Shown in pieces: positions 19,339 to 28,755 of a DNA stretch of 64,000 nt. The DNA is taken from assembly GCA_046539325.1 (NCBI GenBank), contig JBKHHD010000001.1, positions 55,437-119,436 on the forward strand, given 5' to 3'. The notes under the pieces were generated by a model, which ran no database searches, had not been told where the DNA came from, and saw nothing but the letters and a program-made list of their open reading frames with translations. The translations under genes were made by a program, and so were the position numbers. The first letter of the stretch is position 1. Every line of letters begins with the position of its first letter. This stretch comes from Candidatus Aenigmatarchaeota archaeon (GTDB taxonomy: Archaea > Aenigmatarchaeota > Aenigmatarchaeia > PWEA01).

Positions 19339-19986
19339 ATGAAGCTTTTAATTTTCGGTCCTCCGGGTTCCGGGAAAGGAACCTACTCATCTGAAATCGA
19401 AGAGAGAATAGACGTAGAACATATAGCTACAGGCGACATGTTCAGAGAAGCCGTGAAGAAGGACACAGAACTTGGGAATAAAGTAGAAGAGTACCTTGAT
19501 AAAGGCGAACTAGTTCCTGACGAGCTTGTCAACGAAGTTGTAAGAGAAAAGCTCAAGGAAATGGGTATGGAAGGTTTTATACTCGACGGATATCCGAGAA
19601 CTGTCGAACAGGCAAAGTTCCTTGAGAATCTTGTCGACATAGACGCCTTGATACTACTTGACGTCACAGATGAAATAATAATTGAAAGGCTTTCTTCGAG
19701 AAGGATCTGCAAGGAATGTGGCGAAGTTTTCAACAAGCTGTTCAATCCACCAGAGGAAGAAGGAGTATGTGATGAGTGTGGCGGGAAGCTTTATCAGAGA
19801 AAGGACGACAAGCCAGACGTAATAAGGGACAGGATAGATACCTACGAAGAGAGGTCTGAACCCGTTATAAACTACTTTGAAGGAAAGATTCCATTTGTAG
19901 TCAACAAATGCAGAGAAGCCAACGCACCAATAGATGGAATGGTAGACAATATAATAGAAGGGCTTAAGGAAAAGGACCTTGTCTAG
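19339..19986 (+). CDS. adk: Adenylate kinase, bacterial type with zinc lid
   Basis: GPPGSGKGT, GELVPD, LDGYPRT, CxxC...CxxC lid, QRKDD. Confidence 0.93.
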   Translation: MKLLIFGPPGSGKGTYSSEIEERIDVEHIATGDMFREAVKKDTELGNKVEEYLDKGELVPDELVNEVVREKLKEMGMEGFILDGYPRTVEQAKFLENLVDIDALILLDVTDEIIIERLSSRRICKECGEVFNKLFNPPEEEGVCDECGGKLYQRKDDKPDVIRDRIDTYEERSEPVINYFEGKIPFVVNKCREANAPIDGMVDNIIEGLKEKDLV

Positions 19987-21449
19987 TTCTTAAGGAGACC
20001 TTTGTTCTTGGCGTATTTTCCGTAGGATTCAAACTCTAGAAGGTCTTCATCCTCTTTCCCGATCCAGGAGTCAACGCTTCTTTCCTTCTTTCTTTGCTTC
20101 TCTTTTATCTTCTCTGTAACAGTTATATCAAAGGCATCTGAGCCAGCGCCAGATCCGTAGGAGGTTACAAATATTCTGTCACCTGGTGACGCCTGGTCAA
20201 ATATTCTGCAGAGGCCAAGAGGAACGCAAGCAGAGTAAGTATTCCCTATCCAGTCAACAACTATAGTAGGCTCTATCTGATCCTCCGTGAAGCCCAGTCT
20301 TTTACCTACCTTCCGGGGGAATTTCCTGTTCGGTTGATGGAAAAGAGCGTAGTCGTAGTCCTCTGGATCCGTTCCTTGCTTCTCCATAAGCCTCTTAGCA
20401 GCTTCTTCTATATGCTTGAAGTAGGCTGGCTCGCCAGTAAATCTTCCGAAGTGGACCGGAAACTCTTCGGCCTCGCCACGTACGAAGTCAGGCGTATCGG
20501 AAGTAAAGGATTCGTAGGCGTTTATGACAGCGATGGGATCTTTTGAGCCTATCATTATAGCAGCTGAACCATCGCCTGCAGTATATTTCAAGGCATCGCC
20601 AGGTCTTGCCTGCGACGAATCAGAACCTATTGCAAGCCCGTAATCTATTGTACCGGCCTTTACGGAGTCATGTGCATCTATGATGGCCTGTGTTCCTGCC
20701 TTACAGGCGAACTCAAAGTCAACACACTGTTCATCAGCACCTATAAGTTCCGCGACAACAGAAGCCGTCGGCTTCACGGCGTAAGGATGCGACTCCGATC
20801 CAACCATTATCTTTCCTATATTTGAAGGGTCAACACCGCTCGTTTCTAAGCAGTTCAAAGCGGAGTTCATAGCGTAAGCGCCAGGATCATCCCATTTTCC
20901 TGGGAAGCTCTTGACTAAACCCTCGACGTCCTCGCCCCAGACCTCAGCTATATCCTCAGATCTTATCCTCTTCCTAGGAACGTAAACTCCGTAATCAACT
21001 ATACCAACACCTTCATTAACATCACACTCACCTTCGGAAGGCTCAGGAGAATGGTATTCGTTTCTTTCGCGCCACAGATATGTGTAGAACCTGAGCTCGT
21101 TTGAAATGCCAAGAAGGCCTATTTGTGCTTCTACCTCTTTACCTGATGCTCTCTCATCAGTATCTATGATGCCCGGTGCTTTGAAATCAATTCCTTTAAG
21201 GGTTATGAGACCAACGGTGTAAGGAATCTTTTCATCGAGGTTAAAGTCAGATGTAGATTTCCTGACCACGGAAGAAGAGTACACTTTGCCCTTTTTTGGT
21301 AATTCAGTGTTCTCCAACTTTCCTTCCCTTCCACAGTCACTGCAGAAGTTTCTCGAGGAGAGATAGATCTTGCCGCATTTCTTGCATTTCTTTCCTCTGA
21401 GATACCTCAGGTCCAAAGTTCTCCTGTATTCAGGTGCTGTTCTTTCCAT
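19983..21449 (-). CDS. DUF35 (Zn-ribbon/OB) fused to HMG-CoA synthase
   Basis: N-terminal CKKCG...FCSDC, KGKVYS, PYTVGLI; then GSESHPYAVKP, EFACKAGT, FHQPN, GNTYS, SYGSGAGSD. Confidence 0.9.
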   Translation of the reverse strand: MERTAPEYRRTLDLRYLRGKKCKKCGKIYLSSRNFCSDCGREGKLENTELPKKGKVYSSSVVRKSTSDFNLDEKIPYTVGLITLKGIDFKAPGIIDTDERASGKEVEAQIGLLGISNELRFYTYLWRERNEYHSPEPSEGECDVNEGVGIVDYGVYVPRKRIRSEDIAEVWGEDVEGLVKSFPGKWDDPGAYAMNSALNCLETSGVDPSNIGKIMVGSESHPYAVKPTASVVAELIGADEQCVDFEFACKAGTQAIIDAHDSVKAGTIDYGLAIGSDSSQARPGDALKYTAGDGSAAIMIGSKDPIAVINAYESFTSDTPDFVRGEAEEFPVHFGRFTGEPAYFKHIEEAAKRLMEKQGTDPEDYDYALFHQPNRKFPRKVGKRLGFTEDQIEPTIVVDWIGNTYSACVPLGLCRIFDQASPGDRIFVTSYGSGAGSDAFDITVTEKIKEKQRKKERSVDSWIGKEDEDLLEFESYGKYAKNKGLLKN

Positions 21450-21453
21450 AATA

Positions 21454-22677
21454 TCATCGTGGTTTTCTCAAAAGGCTTACTACAGCTGTTCCTCCGCTAC
21501 CACCAACGTTGTGTGTGATGCCGACTTCGGCTCCAGGGACCTGTCTTTCACCTGCTTCATCCCTCAGCTGCTCTGTAATCTCCACTGCCTGGGCTATACC
21601 GGTAGCTCCTACAGGATGCCCCTTTGCCTTAAGCCCTCCCGAAGTATTTACAAACAGTTCCCCTCCGTCTGGAAGCTCGTAGGGCACAGGAACTTCTTTA
21701 TTATTACAGTCTTTCAGGCTCTTCTCCATCCACTTCCACCCTTCCTTCTTTGGATAGAAACCTAGGTCCTCAAGAGCCAGGACTTCGGCTATGGAAAAAC
21801 AGTCATGAACCTCGGCAACATCGACGTCCTTCGGTCCAAATCCAGAGGATTCGTAGACGCGCTCAGCAGCCTTTTTCGTAGAGACAAGGGTAAGTATATC
21901 ATCCCTTTCGAAGAGTGCTATAGAGTCGTTTACGCCTTGCACGTCCTCCAGTAGTACGTAGTCCGTTCCTAACTCCTCCGCCTTCCTCACCGTTGTCATT
22001 ATAAGGGCAGCTGCCCCGTCCGCTATGCCCGAAGAGTTAAGAAGTTTGGTCGGGCTGGCCACAGGGAAGGAGTTCTTTACCTTTTTGTGTGAGACTTCAA
22101 AGGAATACTGCGCCCTTGGGTTCTCTGAGGCGTGCTTATGGCTCTTTACAGCTATATAATCAAAGTCTTCTTCCTCAGCATCGGTTTCCCTCAAATACCT
22201 GTCCTTCAGCATTCCGTAAAGAGCTGGAAATGTAAATCCTACCTCCTTTCCCATATCGGAGGCAGCGCTCAGTATCTTTGTCGCCTCATCCGTAGACTTA
22301 TCTGTCATCTTTTCAAAGCCGCCCGCCATAACGATCCTGTCCTCGTCATGGTGGATTCCAGCCAAAACGTCATTAAAGGAAGCTTCTAATGCAAGACCCC
22401 CGGAAGAACATGCTCCTTCTATTCTCCTACCAAGGACCTGCGACTCAGGATTACTATCAAAGACTTCGGAAAAAACCTTTGAAGCTGTATGTTCCTGGCC
22501 ACCAAACATTCCAAGGGACATATTCCCAAGGAAAAACTTCTCTATGTCATTCTTTTTTATTCCCGCATCCTCAAGAGCCTCTAGACCTGCTTCCTCAACA
22601 AGTTCAATCCAAGAACTGTCCCACAGTTCCCCAAACTCAGTATGGCCTACTCCAATGATAGCTACCTTCTCTTTCAT
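21454..22677 (-). CDS. Acetyl-CoA acetyltransferase (archaeal thiolase)
   Basis: EGACSSGG, EVHDCF, SGGLKAKGHPVGATG, HNVGGSG. Confidence 0.93.
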   Translation of the reverse strand: MKEKVAIIGVGHTEFGELWDSSWIELVEEAGLEALEDAGIKKNDIEKFFLGNMSLGMFGGQEHTASKVFSEVFDSNPESQVLGRRIEGACSSGGLALEASFNDVLAGIHHDEDRIVMAGGFEKMTDKSTDEATKILSAASDMGKEVGFTFPALYGMLKDRYLRETDAEEEDFDYIAVKSHKHASENPRAQYSFEVSHKKVKNSFPVASPTKLLNSSGIADGAAALIMTTVRKAEELGTDYVLLEDVQGVNDSIALFERDDILTLVSTKKAAERVYESSGFGPKDVDVAEVHDCFSIAEVLALEDLGFYPKKEGWKWMEKSLKDCNNKEVPVPYELPDGGELFVNTSGGLKAKGHPVGATGIAQAVEITEQLRDEAGERQVPGAEVGITHNVGGSGGTAVVSLLRKPR

Positions 22678-22753
22678 TAGAAGATATTAGTATTTCCTAG
22701 GCTTAAAAAACTTTCGACAAAAGGAACATGATGCATAGCACATTTGTCGATTA

Positions 22754-23995
22754 CTACTTTACAATTCCGTAACCAATCAGACGCCATTTGTTTTCAATCT
22801 GCCGTGAGATGGCTATTCTCTCGCCCAGGTCAGTACATATTGGAAGCTTAAGTTTGATCTCTGCTTCCTCGTTGCCGTCAACAACTCTTGCAGAAGTAAC
22901 TACTCCGGCAGTCTTTGACGTACCTGCTGTAAGCATAAGTGGTTCGTTTGTCTTGACCTCCTCCACTTCCCTCTGGCCCTCAACTCCGGCGACCTCATCA
23001 AAGGTATGTATCTCAAGGGTAAGCTCCTCTATCAGGTCAGGAAGCTCGCCAGGGTATCCAACAACGGAACCAGAGAAGTTGTCGCTTTTCGTAAAGGAAG
23101 GATCGAGCTTCGTCTGAACTCCCAGAAGTCCACCAGGCCCTGCCTTATCCAAGCTCTTGCCGACCTTCTCCATGGCCACTATTTCAGTTTTTATCGGATG
23201 CATTCCATCGTCCTTATGGATCCCAGGCCTTATTTCTATCTCGTCCCCAACACTTAGCTCTCCTTGTATGATACTCCCGCCTATTACACCGCCCTTAATG
23301 TCATCTATAGTCGTGCCTGGCTTGTTCACATCAAAGGATCTGGCTGCCATAATTCTAGGGCTAGCCTCAGGATCCCTATCGGGTGTAGGTATCCCATCCT
23401 GTATAGCTTGAAGTACTGCATCGACGTTAACCCTCTGAAGAGCAGATACAGGTATTATAGGAGCGTCCTCAGCGACGGTTCCTTCGACAAACTCCTTTAT
23501 TTCCTCATAGCTTTCCCTGGCCCTCTCTTCAGAAACTCTGTCTACCTTGTTCTGAACTATAACAATATTGTCTATACCTGCTATATCCAAGGTTTTGAGA
23601 TGCTCCGCTGTCTGAGGCTGGGGGCATGGCTCGTCGGCAGATATAACAAAGAGACAGCCGTCCATTAGGGCAGCTCCTGAAAGAACAGTTCCCATAAGGG
23701 TCTTGTGGCCAGGTACATCCACCAGAGATATGGTTCTTTGTGGCTCCGTGTCCTCGAAACATGTCGGGCATTTGTCGGTGGTGCAGTAACAGCTTGGTTC
23801 ATCACAGTCCTGGCACTTGTATATAGTAGCGTCTGCATAACCAAGCCTTATAGTTATTCCTCTCTTTATCTCCTCTGAATGTGTGTCAGCCCACTTACCG
23901 GAAATAGCCTGCGCTAGTGTACTCTTCCCGTGGTCCACGTGGCCCATTAGACCTATATTTACCTTCGGTATGAGCCTTTCATCTGGATCTTCCAT
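22754..23995 (-). CDS. eif2g: Translation initiation factor 2 gamma subunit
   Basis: GHVDHGKS, RGITIRLGYA, zinc knuckle, PQPQT, WRLIGYG. Confidence 0.97.
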   Translation of the reverse strand: MEDPDERLIPKVNIGLMGHVDHGKSTLAQAISGKWADTHSEEIKRGITIRLGYADATIYKCQDCDEPSCYCTTDKCPTCFEDTEPQRTISLVDVPGHKTLMGTVLSGAALMDGCLFVISADEPCPQPQTAEHLKTLDIAGIDNIVIVQNKVDRVSEERARESYEEIKEFVEGTVAEDAPIIPVSALQRVNVDAVLQAIQDGIPTPDRDPEASPRIMAARSFDVNKPGTTIDDIKGGVIGGSIIQGELSVGDEIEIRPGIHKDDGMHPIKTEIVAMEKVGKSLDKAGPGGLLGVQTKLDPSFTKSDNFSGSVVGYPGELPDLIEELTLEIHTFDEVAGVEGQREVEEVKTNEPLMLTAGTSKTAGVVTSARVVDGNEEAEIKLKLPICTDLGERIAISRQIENKWRLIGYGIVK

Positions 23996-24007
23996 GAATC
24001 ATCCCAT

Positions 24008-24415
24008 TTATTCTTCCTCTTCTTCCGATCCTTCTTCGCTTTCCTCTGAGCCGAGAAGGTCGTCTATGTCCTCAGCATCGCTATCCCTTTCGACCACCTT
24101 CGCATTGATCTGAACTATATCCTCAGAAATTACTTCTCCTCTAACTGATTTTCTTCTCTTCACACCGCTGTCCTCGGGCCTGTAACCAGGACCTTCCCCC
24201 ATGAGGACTCTTCTTCTTCCGCTTCCGTGAACTCCCTTCCTCATTGGAAATCCTTCCTCGTCGCTTCCTCCTGTGACTTCAAGAATGTATCCTTCTAAGC
24301 CTACTAAAGAACCGTTGAACTCTTCGCCTAGCTCGGTTCCTATAAGCGGTGTGGCTTCCTTCTCCACCTGCCAGGATTTGCCTTCTTTAGGATCGGAAAT
24401 GCTTATCTTGAAAAT
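24008..24415 (-). CDS. rps6e: Ribosomal protein S6e
   Basis: FKISISDPK, TGGSDEEGFPMR, RKSVRG, QIN. Start uncertain (ATT 24415 behind SD, or ATG 24454). Confidence 0.93.
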   Translation of the reverse strand: MFKISISDPKEGKSWQVEKEATPLIGTELGEEFNGSLVGLEGYILEVTGGSDEEGFPMRKGVHGSGRRRVLMGEGPGYRPEDSGVKRRKSVRGEVISEDIVQINAKVVERDSDAEDIDDLLGSEESEEGSEEEEE

Positions 24416-24427
24416 ATCGATCACCTC

Positions 24428-24452
24428 GCCCAGATCAGTTTCATCTCCGGGC
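24428..24452 (-). promoter_or_regulatory. Hairpin enclosing box C/D motifs directly 5' of the rps6e SD
   Basis: GCCCGGA-GATGA-AA-CTGA-TCTGGGC: 7-bp stem around GATGA/CTGA, followed by GAGGTGA. Confidence 0.5.
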
Positions 24453-24503
24453 ATTCATGAAAGAAATAGCAAGCTATTTAAAGATTACGGCTTGTGAAGC
24501 CCT

Positions 24504-24650
24504 TTACAATAGTTTCTTATCCTCGTATCTATTTTCTTCAGTTAAATCCTCCTTTTTATGTTCCTTGCTGCCACCAACAAAAGAAAGGACTTCAGAATCC
24601 ATTCCATTTTGAAGATATACTTCATGTCTACCTGGTTTTGAATCAGCCAT
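24504..24650 (-). CDS. Possible 48-aa acidic microprotein
   Basis: MADSKPGRHEVYLQNG...EENIDEDKKLL; TATA-like TATTTAAG upstream; co-oriented between aIF5B and S6e. Confidence 0.35.
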   Translation of the reverse strand: MADSKPGRHEVYLQNGMDSEVLSFVGGSKEHKKEDLTEENRYEDKKLL

Positions 24651-24693
24651 GTTATCACTGTATAATTACAACTCATTACTTAAATAGTTTTCC

Positions 24694-26427
24694 CTAACCG
24701 TACTTCTCATCGATAACTTCCTCCAGAACTTTCTTCTCACCTTTCGAGAGCATATCCTCAAGCTCCTCAAGCTTCCTTATATCTCTGTCTGAAAGAAGGT
24801 TGTAAAGTACGTCACCTTCCTCGACCTGTCTTCCAACCGTTACCTTGCTTATAGAGACAGCTACCCTGTCCCCGCCTTCAGCCATCTCTACAGGAACGTT
24901 TTCGTCCTGTATCTCTCTTATAGTTCCTACTCTCTTACCTTCCTTCACGAGATCGTAACCAGGCTTTATAACACCATCTATGACATCACATCCAACCACC
25001 GCAGGCTTCCTTTGCCTGAAGACGTAGCCAGGAAGCAAACGAATCTTTCCTGGACGTGTCACCTCTTCCAGCTTTTCCCTTCTTATCTCCTCCTGCTTCT
25101 TTTCCTTCCATTCCTCATACTCCTCGACCAACCTGTAGACGACTGAACTGGAAAATATCTTTACGTCCTCTTCACACATCTCAGCAGCCTCGGTAACGCC
25201 TACGTTGAAGGCAAATATTCCTCTCTGAAGAGGATCTTTGACGGAGCTAGCTTCCATAACGTCTTTACGCGTGACGTCACCTATTGACGCTTTCGTTATA
25301 GGAATTTCCTTCTCCTCGAGCATGTTTATGATTCCTTCAAGGCTGCCCAACGTATCAGCCTTTACTACAATACCTTCGCCTTCGGACTCCATCTCGATGT
25401 CCTCAACCTCTTCCTTCAGTTCCCCAAGAGCTTTGTCCGTATCGCCCTCAGGTCCAAGACTCTGAAGAGGTGAGCCAGCCACAACCTTGTCAAGACCAGG
25501 TCCGGATATCTTTACACCGGAAGCAGCCTTTACCTCCTCGACGTTCTTGAACTTCTTCTCCGTCCTGAGCTCCTCGAGCTCCCTTGGTTTGAGAAGAGCC
25601 TTAATCTTTGAGACAACAGGATTTTCGCCGCCAATGGCAAGCTGGTCACCTTTTCTCATAACACCTTCGTACAGTATTACGTCCAGGGTGGTTCCCAGGC
25701 CTTTAGACTCCTTGACCTCCAAAACTGTTCCCTTACCAACATCTGACGTAAGTTCCAGTTCATCTGAGAGGTATTTCTGAGAAAGTCCTATAAGGACCGC
25801 TAGGAGATCCGGAACCCCTTCGCCGGTAAGCCCAGAAACAGGAACTATAGCAACCTTGTCTCTGAAATCATCGACCCTGTCAAACCTGTCCGCAGTGACG
25901 TTCATCTCGGAGAGGTCACCCATAAGCTCGTATACCTTTTCGTCGAGTTTGTTTCTCACCTTCTCCCTTTGTTTCTTATATGTATTAGAAAAACAGGCTC
26001 CTTCAACAGAGTTCCAACCACGTATCTTGTCCGTTTTAGTAGCAGCGACGACAAAGGGCGTATTAAACTCCTTCAAGAACTTTAGAGACTCCTTTGTCTG
26101 CGGCTTAAAGCCTTCGTTGACGTCTACCACTAGAACAGCAAGATCGGAGACGGACCCGCCTCTCTTTCTGAGAGTAGTAAAGGCCTCGTGGCCTGGGGTA
26201 TCTATAAACAGAAGGCCAGGCACTTTAATGTCCTCCGTCGTCAGAAGACCGCCGCACAAGCTCTTTACAACGTCAAGGGTTATCTCAGTAGCACCTATAT
26301 GCTGTGTTATTCCTCCCGCCTCACCTGAAGCTACCTTCGTTTCTCTTATACGGTCGAGTATAGTCGTCTTTCCGTGATCCACGTGGCCTAGTACCGATAT
26401 TATCGGCTGCCTTCTTTTTTCCGACAT
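24694..26427 (-). CDS. infB: Translation initiation factor aIF5B (IF-2)
   Basis: RQPIISVLGHVDHGKT, GITQHIGA, DTPGHEAF, KADTLGSLE; no intein. Confidence 0.97.
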   Translation of the reverse strand: MSEKRRQPIISVLGHVDHGKTTILDRIRETKVASGEAGGITQHIGATEITLDVVKSLCGGLLTTEDIKVPGLLFIDTPGHEAFTTLRKRGGSVSDLAVLVVDVNEGFKPQTKESLKFLKEFNTPFVVAATKTDKIRGWNSVEGACFSNTYKKQREKVRNKLDEKVYELMGDLSEMNVTADRFDRVDDFRDKVAIVPVSGLTGEGVPDLLAVLIGLSQKYLSDELELTSDVGKGTVLEVKESKGLGTTLDVILYEGVMRKGDQLAIGGENPVVSKIKALLKPRELEELRTEKKFKNVEEVKAASGVKISGPGLDKVVAGSPLQSLGPEGDTDKALGELKEEVEDIEMESEGEGIVVKADTLGSLEGIINMLEEKEIPITKASIGDVTRKDVMEASSVKDPLQRGIFAFNVGVTEAAEMCEEDVKIFSSSVVYRLVEEYEEWKEKKQEEIRREKLEEVTRPGKIRLLPGYVFRQRKPAVVGCDVIDGVIKPGYDLVKEGKRVGTIREIQDENVPVEMAEGGDRVAVSISKVTVGRQVEEGDVLYNLLSDRDIRKLEELEDMLSKGEKKVLEEVIDEKYG

Positions 26428-26718
26428 TTCCGACACCTTTTGCATATATAGTGCTAGCGGGAGTCATTCCTACACTATAATTCCGCCGAAGATATTTAAA
26501 ATAGTTAGGAGGGCTCAGATATGAGGCCAAGGAAAGCTCCACTCGTAAGCCATCTGTTAATGAAAGGCCACGGTATAGATATATTTATCTCGTCAAAAAA
26601 CGAGGATACATTTATAAAATCGTCGAACAATGCTTTAGCCAAGGATTGGTGAGGAACTTTTAAAGAAATTAAAAACTTTTAAATTGTGCAGAACAATATT
26701 AGCTGGAGGCAGTTAACA

Positions 26719-27255
26719 ATGAAACAGATAAGGATACATGGACGTGGCGGCCAGGGCTCTGTTACTATGGCTTCCATGATGGCAGAAGCAGCTTTTGAAT
26801 CAGGTAAAGAAGCCCAAGGATTTCCATCCTTCGGTGTAGAAAGATTGGGCGCACCCATAGAAGCCTACGTCCGAATAGACAACAAAGAAATAACGGACAG
26901 AAGCCAGATCTACAATCCTGACTTCGTGATAGTCCAGGACTCCACGCTCATAGAGCTCGTGGAAGTTGAAAAGGGTCTAAAAGATGATGGAATGATACTT
27001 ATAAATACTTCAGAGGACGCCGAAAACATAGATCTGGACACAGAAGCAGAAATCGTAACAGTGGACGCCACAGAAATAGCACTCGAGCACCTTGGAAAGC
27101 CGATTATGAATACTGCACTTGCTGGAGCCTTTGCAAAGGCGACAGGCTTGATAGAAGAGGAAAGTATGGCAAAGGTTATAAGGGAAACTTTCGAAGGAGA
27201 GATAGGTCAAAAGAACGTCAAAGCTATGGAAGAAGCTTACGGGGTTGTACAATGA
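26719..27255 (+). CDS. porG: Pyruvate/2-ketoacid:ferredoxin oxidoreductase gamma subunit
   Basis: IRIHGRGGQG, FPSFGVERLGAP. Confidence 0.92.
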   Translation: MKQIRIHGRGGQGSVTMASMMAEAAFESGKEAQGFPSFGVERLGAPIEAYVRIDNKEITDRSQIYNPDFVIVQDSTLIELVEVEKGLKDDGMILINTSEDAENIDLDTEAEIVTVDATEIALEHLGKPIMNTALAGAFAKATGLIEEESMAKVIRETFEGEIGQKNVKAMEEAYGVVQ

Positions 27256-27536
27256 CAAAGGATCCATACGAAGATCTGGAGATAAAGACTGGCGCGGCAA
27301 CGGAGCCCAGGGGCACACTTGTAAATAAAACAGGAAGCTGGAGGTCTCAAAGGCCTGTAATAGACCATGAGAAATGTGTGGCATGCGGGAACTGTGAGAA
27401 GTTCTGTCCTGATATGGCAGCAAAGGAAACGGAAGAAGGCAGGTTTGAAATTGACCTGGACTTCTGTAAGGGCTGTGGAATATGTGCCGAAGAATGTCCT
27501 GTAAACGCTATTGAAATGGAGAGGGAGGAGAAATAA
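27252..27536 (+). CDS. porD: Pyruvate/2-ketoacid:ferredoxin oxidoreductase delta subunit
   Basis: KTGSWR..RP; two CxxCxxCxxxCP motifs. Confidence 0.92.
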   Translation: MTKDPYEDLEIKTGAATEPRGTLVNKTGSWRSQRPVIDHEKCVACGNCEKFCPDMAAKETEEGRFEIDLDFCKGCGICAEECPVNAIEMEREEK

Positions 27537-27537
27537 T

Positions 27538-28755
27538 ATGGCAGAAATGATGACAGGATACGACGCTGTTGCAGAGGCCGTGAAGGCCTGTAACCCAGAC
27601 GTTATACCTGCATATCCTATAACGCCACAAACGGATATCGTAGAAAAAATAAGCGAAATGGTCGCAGACGGCGAGCTTACAAGCGAATACGTGAGAGTGG
27701 ACAGTGAGTTCAACGCTGCTTCCACCGCACTAGGTGCGAGCGCTGCAGGAGCAAGAGTTTTCACCGCGACCTGCTCACAGGGACTTAAGCTTATGAGCGA
27801 GCCTATCTTTAGCGCCTCAGGGATGAGGTTGCCTCTTGTTCTCGCTGTAGCCAACAGAAGTCTCTCAGCACCTCTAAGCATATGGGGAGACCATACTGAT
27901 ACATTTGCAGAAAGGGATGGTGGAATGATTCAGTTTTACGCAGAAGATGTACAGGAAGCCATGGACAACATAGCGATGGCCTACCGCGTCGCAGAGGACA
28001 AGGATATTTCACTGCCTGCTCTTTCATGCCTGGATGGATTTATACTAACGCACGTGCAGGAGAAGGTCGAACCATTTACTGAGGAGGAATTAAAGGAGTT
28101 CCTTCCTGAAAGGGACCCGGTCCATACCTTAGACCCTTCGGATCCGACGACGATGGGGGCCTATGCAAGACCTGAGCACTGGACCGAGACGAGGTACGAA
28201 GTACATGAAACTGTGAAAAGATCCAAAGACAAGATCGGCGAAGCTGTAAAGGAGTTCGCAAACATATTCGGAAGAGAGTACGGCCTAGAGCACAACGGAC
28301 TTCTGGAGACGTACAGAACGGAGGATGCAGACGTTATATTAGTCGCTCTGGGAAGCGTCTGTGGAACTATGAGATATATCGTGGACGAGTACAGGGACAA
28401 GGGCCAAAAGGTCGGTATGGTAAGGCCAAGAGTTTACAGGCCTTTCCCTGTTGAAGAGATAAGCAAGGCCCTAGAGGAAGCTGAAGCTATAGCAGTCTTA
28501 GAGAAGGACGTTTCGCTCGGCTATCAGGGTGGTCTAGCAATAGATATAAAGTCCGCTCTCTACTCCAACGGAAGCAAGATACCAATACTCAACTTCATCG
28601 TAGGATTGGCTGGAAGGGACGTGACAAAGGACAACCTCAGGAACATTGTAGAGCAAACGAAGGAACTACGTGGCAAGGGCCCTGAGGACATCAGTGAGGA
28701 GGAAAGGTGGGAACCTTTGAGGACTGAAATTTTATCAGGTGATAAGAATGACTGA
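27538..28755 (+). CDS. porA: Pyruvate/2-ketoacid:ferredoxin oxidoreductase alpha subunit
   Basis: AYPITPQT, TATCSQGL, NRSLSAP. Confidence 0.92.
   Translation: MAEMMTGYDAVAEAVKACNPDVIPAYPITPQTDIVEKISEMVADGELTSEYVRVDSEFNAASTALGASAAGARVFTATCSQGLKLMSEPIFSASGMRLPLVLAVANRSLSAPLSIWGDHTDTFAERDGGMIQFYAEDVQEAMDNIAMAYRVAEDKDISLPALSCLDGFILTHVQEKVEPFTEEELKEFLPERDPVHTLDPSDPTTMGAYARPEHWTETRYEVHETVKRSKDKIGEAVKEFANIFGREYGLEHNGLLETYRTEDADVILVALGSVCGTMRYIVDEYRDKGQKVGMVRPRVYRPFPVEEISKALEEAEAIAVLEKDVSLGYQGGLAIDIKSALYSNGSKIPILNFIVGLAGRDVTKDNLRNIVEQTKELRGKGPEDISEEERWEPLRTEILSGDKND

Noticed and set aside
26455-26490. Hairpin upstream of aIF5B considered as a fluoride riboswitch
   Set aside because: The pseudoknot consensus is absent; only an imperfect stem is present.
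26505-26652. GGAAAGCTCCAC resembling RNase P RNA, and a 43-codon ORF at 26521-26652
   Set aside because: The region is too short and AT-rich for RNase P RNA with no P4 partner; the ORF has no motif and lies in a divergent promoter region.
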